A stretch of DNA of 64,000 nt, from positions 64,001 through 128,000 of the IMG/VR virus record IMGVR_UViG_3300032032_000001; one strand, 5' to 3'. Positions 63,978 to 64,000 of the stretch are shown here, piece after piece (the stretch's first letter is position 1; each line of letters opens with the position of its first letter). This stretch comes from a virus. The translations under genes and the position numbers were made by a program. The notes under the pieces are model-generated. The model saw only the letters and a list, made by a program, of their open reading frames with translations. It did not search any database and had not been told where the DNA came from.

Positions 63978-64000
63978 AGTGGCCCCCCAAATTAGAATTG

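Noticed and set aside
1-64000. Alternative genetic code (stop-codon reassignment), as found in some large phages
   Set aside because: Long genes are intact under code 11, TAA/TAG/TGA all end genes at sensible boundaries, and no suppressor tRNA is seen.
1-64000. CRISPR array, retron/DGR reverse transcriptase, integrase or transposase
   Set aside because: No repeat-spacer periodicity, and no RT, tyrosine/serine recombinase or DDE motifs recognised.

Overview
A 64-kb segment of a large (jumbo-type) contractile-tailed dsDNA phage genome, about 50% GC, standard genetic code, with GGAG-type ribosome-binding sites. The + strand arm (1-34192) is a late/virion module. It encodes a 5'-truncated, fused beta-beta' multisubunit RNA polymerase, a baseplate spike-like protein, an SNF2 helicase, a GpA-like large terminase, a prohead protease, acidic scaffold-like proteins, the major capsid protein, neck/tail-completion proteins, a 1450-aa tail sheath, a tail tube and a holin-like protein. 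Many head-region proteins carry a recurring (hydrophobic)-x-K-x-A/S motif that looks like a maturation cleavage or targeting signal. The convergent, mostly - strand arm (34196-64000) is an early/accessory region. It encodes a Ycf46-type AAA ATPase/DUF2997/DUF1257/radical-SAM module with a RecA-like gene inserted, and a ParB-like protein next to six mirror-arranged TGACAA-N8-TTGTCA palindromes. It also encodes a complete four-gene ubiquitin-like conjugation operon (Ubl-E2-JAB-E1), a lytic transglycosylase, a NYN-like nuclease, a class II ribonucleotide reductase, a metallophosphoesterase, an ADP-ribosyltransferase-like protein, an HNH fusion and four tRNAs. One tRNA has two tandem Ile anticodon arms (UAU and GAU), and a candidate pseudoknotted ncRNA lies beside the tRNAs. 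The main highlights are the phage-encoded ubiquitination system, the double-anticodon tRNA-Ile, the palindrome array, the K-x-A processing code and the fused RNA polymerase. All calls come from motif recognition by eye; no database searches were run.
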